Shown here: positions 28,011 to 40,800 of the stretch, one piece after another
How the letters are laid out: every line of letters begins with the position of its first letter
How positions within the stretch are numbered: position 1 is the stretch's first letter
Assembly (NCBI GenBank): GCA_028534125.1
Contig: CM052817.1
Location: 34,598,001 to 34,662,000 of the forward strand
DNA length: 64,000 nucleotides
DNA from: Lama glama
Lineage: Eukaryota
Direction: 5' to 3'
Notes under the pieces: generated by a model
What the model was told of the DNA's origin: nothing
Database searches by the model: none
Seen by the model: the letters and a program-made list of their open reading frames with translations, nothing else
Made by a program: the position numbers and the translations under genes

Positions 28011-31000
28011 CTTCTTTCTCCATCTCCAACTACTACTGAAAAAGGAGTTGAATTAAGGCTACTCTATCCCCAGGCAGGATGGATGTTAAACAAGTCTGAG
28101 GACACGGATGAGTCACATACTCTAGGGGTAGAATTTGCAAAGCACTTATAATATCAACTTTGACATTACTCTCACATATTGCTGTTGGGAGTAAATATTG
28201 GTACCAACTTATGAAGAACAATACATCAATACCTTACAAAATTACATATGTTCTTACGCTATGGTCCAGCAAAACAGAAGATTATAACCAGCATTTTTTA
28301 AATGAAACAGGATAGGAAAAAAAGAGTCAAAGTAAAGGATATCTAATAATGGTAAGGGTATTTCCTGAAACTGTTTTATTAGGTATGTGTTACTGTGTGT
28401 GTATGTGTGTACTGGGACATAACATAAATTATAGTTCTCACTATAGGTTGTGGTCAAGGAAATTTGGAAGCCATTATTTCATCTCAAAAAGAGCCTGGGC
28501 AAAGGAACAAACTGACTCTTTGGAAAGGGAGGGTTCAATACCCTGATGTGAAGAAGTAAAAGGAAAGAAAGGCATATAAGGAGACAAAGAAAAGGCAAGG
28601 TAGTATATTACCATGCTATACAGAGCCACGAGAAATATGGCCAATTCGGGGTGAATACAGGGGAGAAGAGGAAGAGAGAGAATTTATCTAACTGGGGCCA
28701 AAAAAAGAGACAGAAGAGATCCATCAAAGTTTGTCCCACAGAGTGTTAATTCCTAAAAGGAATTCCAAATATTTCTTTTTCCCTCAATGACACTATTTTC
28801 TTTGCTTACTCTTTTTAAGGTAAATTGTAAATTATGTATGTGGCTTACATTTGTCTTTCACATTGTATTTCTATTGGATAATGCTAGTCTAGAGCCTGGA
28901 GTGCTGCTAACCGCTCTGCATTCATCTGCTGATTTGTCAGATGTGAAACATCTTCCACTGTCATTTTTCTTCTCTTTCCCATTATGGGTAGAAATGAAAG
29001 TTTCTGAATCCGCAACTGTGTTCAATGAAAACTAAAAGCAGCCCACAAAAATAATGTCTCCAATCTTCTTTTATAACTTCTTGAAAAATAATGCAGTAAC
29101 TTGGGCAATACAAAAAAATTTAAAAACTGAAAAAAAGATGCAATAGTGCTAATTTTTTCCCATATTCTATCACTCCTCCACATGACACCATTATTCTTCT
29201 ATTTTCATGTTATCTTTCTAGGAAAGATGGAAATAATGAATCATGATGAAATAAATCTTAAGATGATGAACTAGCACAATATTTAAAGGTAAGCGAATAC
29301 AATTGATGCAAGAGAGTTTTATTTAATTTTTAAAGTAAATTTTGCCTTTGTTCTTTGGAAAATCTCCATAGTAACGAATCACAAAATACTAGTCCTTACA
29401 AATAGAAATGTTTAAAAAAAAATCAGAAAGTTAGAATTAAATCCAGTGGATATTGATGTATACTAAGGATTAATCAAAGATTGGTAAGTAAAAGGTAACT
29501 AATAAAGCATTTTTCTTACCTGTCCTGTTAAACTATATTTCAAAGTAACTAAAGTGACCTAATCAGTGAGCGCCAGTCCTTTAAAGTATTTTAGCTAATA
29601 AGAACAAAAGCAATGACATAATTAGGTAGGCAACAATCATCACTGGACTTTAAACCCATTAGGAGAAAAAGTCAACGAATTGCACAAACGGATCATGTTG
29701 TCACCAACTGAGTGCAACTGATCTTAGCATCTCCAAAAATGAGACAGATACTCTGCACCTCTTGATGTAATGAAATATGCAGTATATAGTACTACTTATA
29801 AAATGTTCTTGTTTAAGAAACAGTCAAACTGGAATATATCAAACCTTTGTATCATATATTCTTAACAGCAGCAATGTCACACCCAAATGGTGAAAAAATC
29901 TTAAATAAGTAAATTAAAATGGTTTCTTGCCCTCCAAAGCACAATGCTTTATCTATTCTTCGGTCTTGGGGGACAGACAATAAAGAAAAAAATGTCTTCA
30001 AGTGAACAACAGTGGAAAAAAATAAAGGTTGAGTAACACTGCTTTAGACCAAACTTTCAAGTTATACTAATACAGGAAAGGCTTTAGTAAAATGACATCA
30101 GGAAGAAGCAACCTGATAAATCCAGAATGTGAACCATTCTATAAAAAACAACTGACCTAGTTTCTTCAACACAGATGAAAAAAAGGGAAAAGGGGGTAAG
30201 GCCTTGTCAACTGTCCTAAAATTTTAAAAGATTCAGAGCCTTTAGTTTAAGAAATATACTTTAAAATATTTACAAATGAATGATACGTGAAATATGATTC
30301 AAATAGTATTAGGAGAGAGTACATGGGTAAGGATATAGATGAAGCAAAACAGATCCTGAATTAATAGTTATTAAAGGTGGGTGATGGGTTGATGGGAGTT
30401 CATTATTCTACACGGTATACCACTGTGTATGTTTAAAATATTCCATTAAAACAAAAGCATGTGTTATTTGAGGATGACTTTGCATTCTCAAGAAACTGGA
30501 GAACTGTGTAACACACAGTTTGCTCAAATATTTTCAATCAAAGGTGATCTATAAACTCATGTCACTCTCCTTCCAAAATAAAAAAAAAAACCTAACAACC
30601 AATTGTTAATACCTCATTTGAATCCCGATTCAAACAAACCAATAACAAATGGCATTTTTGAAACAATTGAAAAATTCTGAATATGGACTAAGCATTATAT
30701 GACATTAATAAATTACCATTAATTTATAGTTAGATGTGGTAATGATACTGAGTTTATGTGAGAAAATATCCTTAATTTTTAAAGAAACATATAGAAGTAT
30801 TTAGGGGTGAAGTGACAATTTCTTTCATCCTTTTCTTTCTTTTTCTATTTTTTTTTTCCAAAAGAAAACCTGAAGAGTGAAAGAGGTGATGACGACAAAC
30901 ATTTTGTTTTGCCTCTTTTGCCTTTGGAAAGCCTACTGATAAGAGAGCACAAATGTAGAAAAAGTGAAATCTATGAAACAATGAAAAGAATGCAGAAGAA

Positions 31001-31125
31001 AGTTACAAAGAGATGAAATGACACAGTAGATTTCTGGAGAACAGAAAGCAGATCCAAGTGTGTTAAGAGGTTACACAGAAATAAGGAAAGCATAGCTCAA
31101 AATACACACATAAAGGGACTAGAGT

Positions 31126-31235
31126 TGGGGGAGGGTATAGCTCAGTGGTAGAATGCGTGCCTAGCATGCATGAGGTCCTGGGTTCAATCCCCAGTATCTC
31201 CATTTAAAAAAATAAAAGTAAGTAAAAAATTTAAA
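31126..31235 (+). mobile_element. tRNA-Ala-derived SINE (Vic-1-like)
   Basis: gggggagggtatagctcagtggtagaatgcgtgcctagcatgcatgaggtcctgggttcaatccccagtatctcca plus A-tail; perfect 14-bp TSD aaagggactagagt (31112-31125, 31236-31249). Confidence 0.9.
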
Positions 31236-32199
31236 AAAGGGACTAGAGTGGAGTTCTAAGTCAATCATGCTGAGACTCTAGGCTCAGTGTTAGCAGGTAA
31301 GCAGGCTGAAAACAAGCAACCTACAAAAAAAGCTTTATCTGTCTCTTTTCTCCGCACCCCTTCCCTGGCTAAACAAGGCCCAGTGTCACCCCTAGGCCTA
31401 AAATTGCAACACTTTTTTCTAAAGAAATCTAGCGAACTGCTCAGAAAGAGATCAGATGGATGTTAGTGTCCGGAGGGCTCATGTCAATATGACAACTGGA
31501 AAGCTCCTGAGAATAACAATACTTCTCTGCTCTTCTGCTCTAAACCCAAACTTGCCAGCAGACAAGATGCTCCATCTATGCACAGAGAATTACCAACTAC
31601 TCTTTTCAAACAGAGAAGGTAATTTCAAACAAAAATCCACCTATCCAACAAGGGAAAAAAACCTACCGCAGCTACTTAAAATAATCAAGATAATCCTGTA
31701 GCAATACACATGAACCAACAATAATAATCCCCAGCCACACAAGGAAAAACCACAGCTAGAAAAAGACCAAAATAAATAATTAGATCAACTAACCCCAGAA
31801 GAACTAAAGATTATTCACGGTACAGAAAAAAAGGATACAAAACAAAATATCCTTGAGATACTACTAAAGAAACTGCACTCAATTTAAAAAAAACAAAACA
31901 AAACAAAACAAAACCCAGAATGCCACATATTTAATAATCAATGATACAGATTTCATTACAACAGAACTGTTATAAATGCTTAACAAATATGAACTTCTTT
32001 GTCCACAAAATAGTTATTAACCTCAATTTGTAGTTCAGAAACTGAGTATAGAGAGGTTAAATAACTTGCCCAAGGCCACATGGTTATTAAGGGTGGAGCT
32101 GGGATCTTAACCCATAGTCTGGTAGTCTGGTTCCATCATATATGCTTTTAACTACTATATCTTGAAATGATACCAGGAGAAAACAAGCAAAGCTACTGA

Positions 32200-32830
32200 A
32201 ATATTTACAATCTGCTTACAGTCATAGGAAGACAGGAATATACAGTTGAAGAAATCTGTTATAATACAGAATTAAAAACCAATGGCAGAAAACAGAAGAA
32301 GAGATAAAGACATAAGGATCAAACAGAAAGCCAATAATCTGCTGGTGAGCATTTCCAAGTGGGAGAACATAGACAACCAAGAAATACTACCAAAGAAATA
32401 ATAAGAGAACATTTTCCACACCTGAAGGGAGAGAGACCTGTATTTCAACTGAAAGGGCCTACAAACTCCAGAGAGTCTGGATAGAATAACAAAAACAATT
32501 CATACCTAGACACATAACTCTAAAATTCCAGAATTACAAGGACAAAGATAAAACACTAAAACTTCCAAAGAGAGAGCGAAAAGGTTATTAAAAAAGTAAC
32601 AAGACTCAGAGTAGCATTAGACTCCCTTTCATTTTGATCTAAACAGAATAGAGCAAAATCCATCAAGTTCTTAAGGTAAATTTAATTTGAATCTAAATTT
32701 CTGCACCCAAACTATTAAGCAATTATGAACCAGGACAAAAACCATGTTCAGGCATGCAAGAATTTATAATGTTTACATCTTAAGTACCCTGTGTACTTAA
32801 GTTAATTTAGAATACATTCCAGCAAAAAAG
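32200..32830 (+). mobile_element. Very old L1 ORF1 remnant, preceded by a MIR at ~31950-32160
   Basis: Degenerate ORF1-type DNA (acctagacacataac, aaattccagaa); MIR core agaggttaaataacttgcccaaggccaca. Confidence 0.5.
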
Positions 32831-33689
32831 GGAGTGCCATGAAAGAGAAAGATACCTAAGAAACAGTAAATCTAATGCAGAAATACACTGAAGGAATATC
32901 TCAGAAAGATATACAGCAGACTACCAACCCATGAAGACTGAGGCAGGAAGCAGAAGAACTCTAAGAAGTGGGATGTCTCCAGGAAAATGAGGAATTCCAT
33001 CTAACAAAGAAGAGATACTACAATTCAAGCAGGAAACATCTGAGGATAGAGTGAAGGTAGATTTTTTTCTACCAAGGAGAAAAGGCAATTACAGACTGGG
33101 GAGGGAGGAAATGAACAAAATTAAGCAAACTAATCAGGATATAAAGCAAAACAGTGGCAAGATAGTGGAAAAAACTTATGAACCCTAAATAAAGAGAACC
33201 AACCTTACCTTGATTATCACATATTTTATTTTTTTGAGTTCCTGTAGCAACATAATTTTGGACCCATGGAAAATTACAAAATAACTCTAGCTAAATGATC
33301 AACTGCAATTTACTGTGTTCAGCTTTTAGAATCAACATACTGAAAAGCCTGAATGTCTTTCAGACCTAAATCTTATTATAGAACAGAATGTAAATGTCAT
33401 GTGATCAGCCTGGTCAAATACCAAAAAAAAAAAGTAGGAATGGAAGTGAGGGAATAGAAGAGACAAGATGGAGAAACAGATAAAAGTCTTTATCTGTCAT
33501 ACTAGGGATTAAAATACAATATCTAAGGAACTACTTACAGTTAAAAAGTACTAATAAAAGAACTAACTATAATAAAGTTTTGAACTTCAGAATGAAGATA
33601 GAAGAGACATTCAGGACAACATAAGTAAGCTAAATCCTCATCTTTCTTAGTAAAATCAAAAGAATAAAATTAATTAATCAAGAAATAAA

Positions 33690-36310
33690 AGCAGATCCCA
33701 ACAAAGAGCCTAGGACCAGATGGCTTTGCAGGAAAATTCTCCAAAACATTTAAAGAACTAACACTGATCCTCCTCAAATTTACAAAGAATTAAACAGGAG
33801 GGAGCATTTCCAAACTCATTCCAAGAAGCCAGCATTACCACAATACCAAAGCCAAAAAAAGACAAGAAAACTACAGACCAATGTTCCTGATGAATATTTA
33901 TATAAAAACGTTCAACAAAATACTAACAACCCAAATTCAACAGCAAGTTAAATGGATTATGTGTCATCATCAAATGGTATTTATAACTGGAAGGCAAGGA
34001 TGGTTCAAAATATGAAAATCAATCAATGCCATACACCACATTAACAGAATCTAGGGAAAAAAAAGATCACCTCAATTGATGGAGAAAAAGCATTTTACAA
34101 AATTAAACAATCTTCCAAAATAAAAACACTAGGCAAACTATCAACAGAAGCAAACCACCTCAATGTAGTAAGAGCCATATAATAAATATCCACAGTTAAC
34201 ATCATACTCAACAATGAAAACTAAAAGCTTTTCCTTTAAAATTATGGACAAAGCAAGGATACCTACTCACATTGCTCCCATTCAATATAGAGCTGAAAGT
34301 CCTAGCTAAAGCAATTACCTAAGAAAAAGAAACAAAAGGAATTCAAATATGGAAGGAAGAAGCAAAAACTTACCCCTATTCACAGATCACAAGGTTTTAT
34401 ATACAGAAAACCCTAAAGATTCCACACCCACAAAAGACTGTTAAAGCAAATGAATGATTTCAGTAAAGCTGCTCAATACAAACTAGACTCAAAAATCAGT
34501 TTTGTTGTTGAACATTAACAATGAACAATCCAAAAAAAGGAAACTAAGTAAACAACTGCATTTACAATAGCATTAAAGAATATACTTAAGAATAACTTTA
34601 GTCAAAGAGGTGAAAACTTATACACTGAAAATTACAGAATATAGCTAAAAGAAACCAAAGACACAAAGAAATGGAAAGACACTCTGTGTTTGTGGACTGG
34701 AAGACTCAGTATTATTAAAATGTCCACATTATCTAAAGCAACCTCTAGATTCAATGCAATCTCTCTTAAAATCCTGCTAGCATATTTTGCAGAAATGTAA
34801 AAACAATCTCAAAATTCATATGGAACCTTAAAGATTTCCCAAATAATCCCAAATAGCTCAAAAAATGTTGGGGAAAAAAAGAACAATATTGGAGAACTCT
34901 CAAGTCCTGATTTCAAAACATACTATAAAGCAACAGTAATTAAGACAGTAGCATTAGGACAGATATAAAATACCAACGGAACAGAATAGACAGCCTAGAA
35001 ACAAACCTTTGCATATAATGCCAAATGATGTTCAACAAGAATACCAAGACTACACAATGGGAAAGAGACAGTCTCTTTAACAACTGATGCTGGGAAAACT
35101 GGGTATGTAAAAGAATGAATTCAGACCTCCTTTACCTCAAACCATTTACAAAAATGAACTCAAAATAGATTAAAGACATAAACATAAGATCTAAAACCAT
35201 AAAACTCCTAGAAGAAACACTGGGGAGAAATTCAAGACATTGGATTTGGCAATGATTTCTTGGATATGACACTAAAAGTACAGGCAACAAAAACAAAAAT
35301 ACACAAATGGACTACATTAAACTGAAAAGCTTCAGCTCATCAAAGGAAACAAATCAACAGAGCAAAAAGGCAACCAACAGAATGGGAGAAAATATTTGCA
35401 AAGTATATATCAGATAAAGGGCTTAATATTCATAATACCTAAGAAACTATAACTCAACAAAAACCAAACAATCCAACTAAAAAAATGGGTAATGGACATA
35501 CACAATTCTCCAAAGAAGATAAATTGAATGGCCAACAGGACACAAAAGGTGTTCAACATTCCTAATCATAAGAGAAATGCAAATCAAAATTACAGTAAGA
35601 TATCACCTCAAACCTATTAGGATGGAAACTGTTAAAAGAACAGAAAACAACAAGGGTTAGTGAGGATATAGAGAAACTGGAAACTTGTTCACTGTTACTG
35701 GAAATGTAAAATGGTGCAGCTATATGGAAAAGAGTATAGATATTCCTCAAAATACTAGAAATAAAATTACCATATGCTCCAGCAATCACATTCCCAGATA
35801 TGTATTCAAAAAAATTCAAAACAGGATCTTGAAGAGTTGTTTGTACATTCATGTTCATTTCAGCATTACTCACAAGAGCCAAGAGGTGAAAGCAATCCAA
35901 AAGTCCATCTACAGATAAATGGATAAAGAAAATGTGGGATATACAACTATGGAATATTATGCAACCTTAAAAAAGAAGAAATCTTGTCACACACTATAAA
36001 ACGGATGAACCTCAAGGACATTATGTTAAGCAAAAGCAGCTTATAGACAAATAGTACGTGACTCCACTTACATGAGGTATCTAAAGCAGTCACAATCAGA
36101 AACAGAAAGCAGAGAGGCAGCTGCCAAGGGCAAGGGGCAGAGGGGAAGGAGAACTAGTGCTTAATAGTTAAAGTTCAGTTTTGCAAGATGAAAAATGTTT
36201 TAGAGATCTGCCACACAACAATGTGAATATATTTATCACTAACAGGACATTTTAAAATGATTAAGGTGATAAATTTAATGCTATGTGTTTTTCTAAGATA
36301 ATCTAAAAAA
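33690..36310 (+). mobile_element. LINE-1 ORF2 3' half and 3'UTR (L1MA/L1MB-type)
   Basis: Continuous degenerate RT to C-terminal sequence followed by an L1M 3'UTR. Confidence 0.9.
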
Positions 36311-36879
36311 AGACATGTTAGTTATAAAATTATGAAGATAAATATCAGAAAACCTGCAAACATGGTTAAAAGTGATTGCTTGTTATGGTAGTGGTTTCTA
36401 TCGCTCAGCAGCTATAGAGCACTTCCATCACCACAAAAAGTTCTATTAGACAATGTGGGTATACAGAAATCACAATGTAATAAAACTAGAAAATTAATCA
36501 AAAAATCAGGAGGAAAAAAGTCTGCCCTCCTTATAAATTATTGTGCTTAAACTTTCATACTTATGTTTCCAATTTTTCATATTCCTTACCATTTCTGTTG
36601 CTATACTGTTTATGTTTACTGAGTACAGAGAATATTTTGTCAAGTTTCCTTCCATTTCCTAAAATAAGATTTATTCTGAGTCACTTCTCTTTTGCATGTT
36701 ACATTTCTATTCATTTCCTTTGGCAGAAGTTTTATCTAGGGCCTGCGCCAATTTTTTTTCAAAATATTGTGATTTCACATCATTTTTTAATGGGAACTTA
36801 TTTCGGTTTCCTACAGCTGCCAAAACAAAGGATCACAAACTGGGTGACTCAAAACACAAAATACTTCTCTTTCACAGTT

Positions 36880-39800
36880 GAGGTACATGCCTTTCATACC
36901 CAATTTGTTGAGAATTTTTATCACAAAAGAACTTTGTCAAATGCTTTTCTTCATCTATTCAGTAGTAACTGATCACGTGATTTTTATCTTTTGTTCTATT
37001 AACATGGTGTGTCACATTTATTGATTTGTGTATACTGAATCATCCTTGCATCCCAGGGATAAACTGAACTTGACTATGGTGTATGATCCTTTTAATGTGT
37101 TGTTGAATTCAGTTTACTTGTACTTTGTTTATCATTTCTGCACCTATATCATCAAGGATATTGGCCTGTAGTTTTCTTGTAGTATCCTAATCTGGTTTTG
37201 ATATCAGGTCTCAAAATGAGTTTAGGAGTGTTTTTCCCTCTTCAGTTTTTTGGAAAGGTTTAAGAACTGGTGTTAATTATTCTTTAAATATTTGGTAGAA
37301 CAATTCACCAGTGAAACTATTTGGTCCTGGCTTCTTTGTTGCAAGGCTTTTGATTATTTTTCAATTTCCTTATCCATTATTGGTCTGTCCATTTTTTCCA
37401 CTTCAAGATTCAGTCATGGTAGATTGTACATTTCTAGGAATTTATTCATTTCTTCTAGATTAATCAATTTGTTGGCATGATTGTTCATAGTAGTCTTATT
37501 TTCCTTTGTATTTCTGTTGTGTCAGTTGTAATGTCTCCCCTTTCATTTCTGAGTCTTCTTTTTTCCTTAGTCTAGCTAAAGATTTGTCAATGTTCTCTTT
37601 TCAAAAAAACACTAGTCTCATTTATTTTTGTATTGTTTTCCTGGTCTCTTTCATTTATTTCTGCTCTAATCTGTATTTCCTTCCTTCTGCTAATTTTAGG
37701 CTCAGTATGTTCTTCTTTTTCTAGTTCCCTGAAATATAGTTATATTGTTTCTTCATGATTTTATTTCCTTAATCTAGGTATTATTTATTGCTATAAAGTT
37801 CCCTCTTAAAACTGCTTTTGCTGCATACCATGTGTTTTGGTATTGTATTTCCACTTTTGTTTGTTCCAATTTTTTTAATTTCCCTTTTGATTTCTTCTTT
37901 AACTGATTGGCTGTGTAGGAGTGTGTCATTTAATTTCCACACATTTGTGAATTTATCAGTTTTCCTCCTGTTACTGATTTTTGTCTCACACCACTGTATG
38001 GAAAAGACACTTGATACGATGCCAATCTTCCTACATTTGCTAAGGCTTGTTTTGTGACCTAACATTATGTATCCTGGAGAGTGTCCATGTGCACTTGAGA
38101 AGAATACGTATTCTGTTGCTATTGGATGGAATGTTCTGTATATGTCTCTTAGGTCTAATACCTAGTACCAAACAGTAGGTACAAGGTATATTTCATTTCC
38201 AGCATTTCCCTCATTCTTCTAGATGAGTTATCAATGAGCTATCCATTACTGAAAGAGGGAATAACTGAAGTCCCCTACTATTATTGTATTGTTGTTGATT
38301 TCTCTTAAGATCTGTTAGTATTTGCTTAAGACTTTTAGGTGCTCCAGTGTTGGGTGCATATATATCTGCAATTGTTATATCCTCTTGATAAACTGATCCC
38401 CTTTTCATTGTATAATGACCTTCTTCATCTCTTGTTACAATTTCTGACTTACAGTCTATTTTGTCTGATAAAAGGTAAGCTACACCTACTCTCTTTGGTT
38501 TCCCTTGCATGGAATATCTTTTTCCATCCCTCCTCTTTGAACCTATACATATTCTTAAAGGTGAAATGAAGAAATGAATCTCTTATGGGGCTGAAAATAG
38601 CTGGCTATTTTTTAAATCCAGTCAGCTATCATATGCCTTTTGATAGGAAATTTTATCCATTTACATTTAATATAATTTTTTATAGGTAAGAACTTTCTAA
38701 TGGCATTTTACTAAATGTTTCCTGCCTGTTTTGTAGTCCCCTTGTTCTTTTCTTCATCTTTTGCTGCTTTCTCTGTGAAATGATAATTTTCCATTATGGT
38801 ATGCTTTGATTCCCTTCCCTTTATCTTTTGGGTATCTACCACAGGTTTTGCTTTTTGGTTCCCTTGAGACTTACATAAAACATCTTCTAGATATAATAGT
38901 CTATTTTTAAACTAACAACTTAGATCACATGCAAAAACTTTACTTTTATTTTTGATGACATGATTTACCTCAATATTGTGCATCCATTAACAAATTACTG
39001 TAACTATAGTTACTTTTAATACTTTTGGCCTTTTAAACCTTTAGAGTTTGTAATTAACATATCACCATATTACTCTGAATACTCTCATATTATCTAATGC
39101 TCTGAATTGAATTACATGCTTACCTTTACCAGTATGTTTTATGTTTTCATGTTACTAATTAGCATCCTTTTCTTTAAACTTGAAGAACCCCTTTCATCAT
39201 TTCTTACAAGGCAGGCATAATGGTGATGAACCCTCAGTTTTTGTTTGGGAAAGTCTCTCTCCTTCATTCCTATAAAACAGCCTTGCTGGGTACAGTATTT
39301 TTGTTGGTAGTTTTTCTCTTTCAGCACTTTGAATATATCATCCCACATTCTCCTGGTCTGCAAAGTTTCTGCTGAGAATTCTGCTGATAGCCTAGTGGGG
39401 GATTCCCTTATGGGAATCCCTTACATATGAAGAATTTTTTTTCTTACTACTTTTAAAATATTGTGTTTGATTTAGACAATTTTATATTATGTCTTGGAGA
39501 AGATCATTTCCAGTTGAAATTTGGCGGCTACCTATTCACTTCAAGCTTCAGGAACTTAGATGTTCAAACCGAGCCCCAGATTTGGGAACTTCTCCACCAT
39601 TATTTCTTTAAATTAGCATCATACTCCTTTCTCCCTCTCTTCTTCTTCTGGGATTCCAATAACGGGTAGATTGTTTCTTTTAATGGTATTCTTTTCTTTG
39701 TCTTTTCTTTCATTCTCTTTTGTTTCTCTGGAAGGATTCAAATGACCTGTCTTCTCATTCACTCTTTCTTCTGCTTTGTCAAGTCTGTAGTTGGAAGACT

Positions 39801-40800
39801 TCTGTTGAACAGTCAAATGTATTTCTCAACTTGAGGATTTTTTTTAATGGTTTCCATTTCTTTGTTGAACTTCTCATTTTGTTGATGCATTGTTTTTCCC
39901 AGTTTCATTTTCTTGTCTTTTTTTTTTTTTTTTTTTTTTTTAGTTTAACAAATTTCTTCAAGGGGATTACTCTGAATGTTTTGCAGGAGAGTTCATAATT
40001 CTCTTTCTTTAGGGTTAGTCATTAGAGTTGCGTTAGTTTCCTTTGATAGTGTCATGTTTCCTTGATTATTCATGATCCCTGTGGCTTGCATTGGAAACTG
40101 CACATTTGAGGAAATGGGCACCTCTTTTAGTCTTTACAACATGCTTCAGCAGGCAAAGTCCTTCACCAGTCAACCCACCCAGAGATTAGGTGGTGTTCAC
40201 ACATACTGCTGGAGCTACTAGAGGGGCAGGCCTGGTGCTTGTATATTCAGACATCCCAGTGCTGGGGTCCAAGAAGGAGGACCCAGATATGGGACCCACA
40301 GGAGCCCATCCGGAGTCTAGTTCCACATGGGCCAGCCTAGAGCTCGGGTCTGTCAGGAACCTGTGGCTATGCTATTTGGACAGGTGCTGAGCCCAGCTGG
40401 GAGCCTGGGTTCACGTGCACTGACTGGGATCCAGGGGCCACAGAAGACAGTGTTAGGATGTGCCAGAAGCCTGGGTTCACAGGAAAACTGCCAGTAGCCC
40501 GGTGCTATGATAGCCAGCCAATACTGAGGTAAGTTGGAAGCACAGGTTCTCAGGAGCCTGCTGAGAGCCTGGTGCCATAGAAGTTGGCCAGCACCAGGGT
40601 GAGCCTGCAGCCTGAGTTCACAGGAGCTGACTAGTGCTACAATGGATCAGGGTTTACACACATGTTGTAAAGACTAGGTTTACTAGGACTCTCGGAGTCT
40701 GGAGCTGAGGAGTCACAGGAGCTGCCTGGGGCCACTAGGGCTGACAGGCACCGGAGCAAGATGGGGCCTGGGTTTGCAGGAGCAAAACCGATGATTTGGC
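36880..40800 (-). mobile_element. LINE-1 5' half, 3'-truncated and sense to CLOCK: repeat-containing 5'UTR, ORF1, ORF2 endonuclease to RT
   Basis: Minus-strand peptides RRMWDDIFKVLKEKNYQ (ORF1), GVAYLLSDKIDCK...DIYAPNTGAPK and MLGHKTSLSK (ORF2). Confidence 0.9.

Noticed and set aside
31126..31202. tRNA-Ala-like sequence as a real tRNA gene
   Set aside because: A-rich tail, TSD and several diverged copies identify it as a SINE.
36972..36981. Palindromic E-box ATCACGTGAT (another CACGTG near 40412)
   Set aside because: Isolated hexamers inside L1 sequence, expected by chance.
33690..40800. The + and - L1 pieces as one twin-primed 5'-inverted insertion
   Set aside because: The inverted piece lies beyond the 3' end of the + piece and the two overlap in ORF2 coordinates; two independent insertions fit better.
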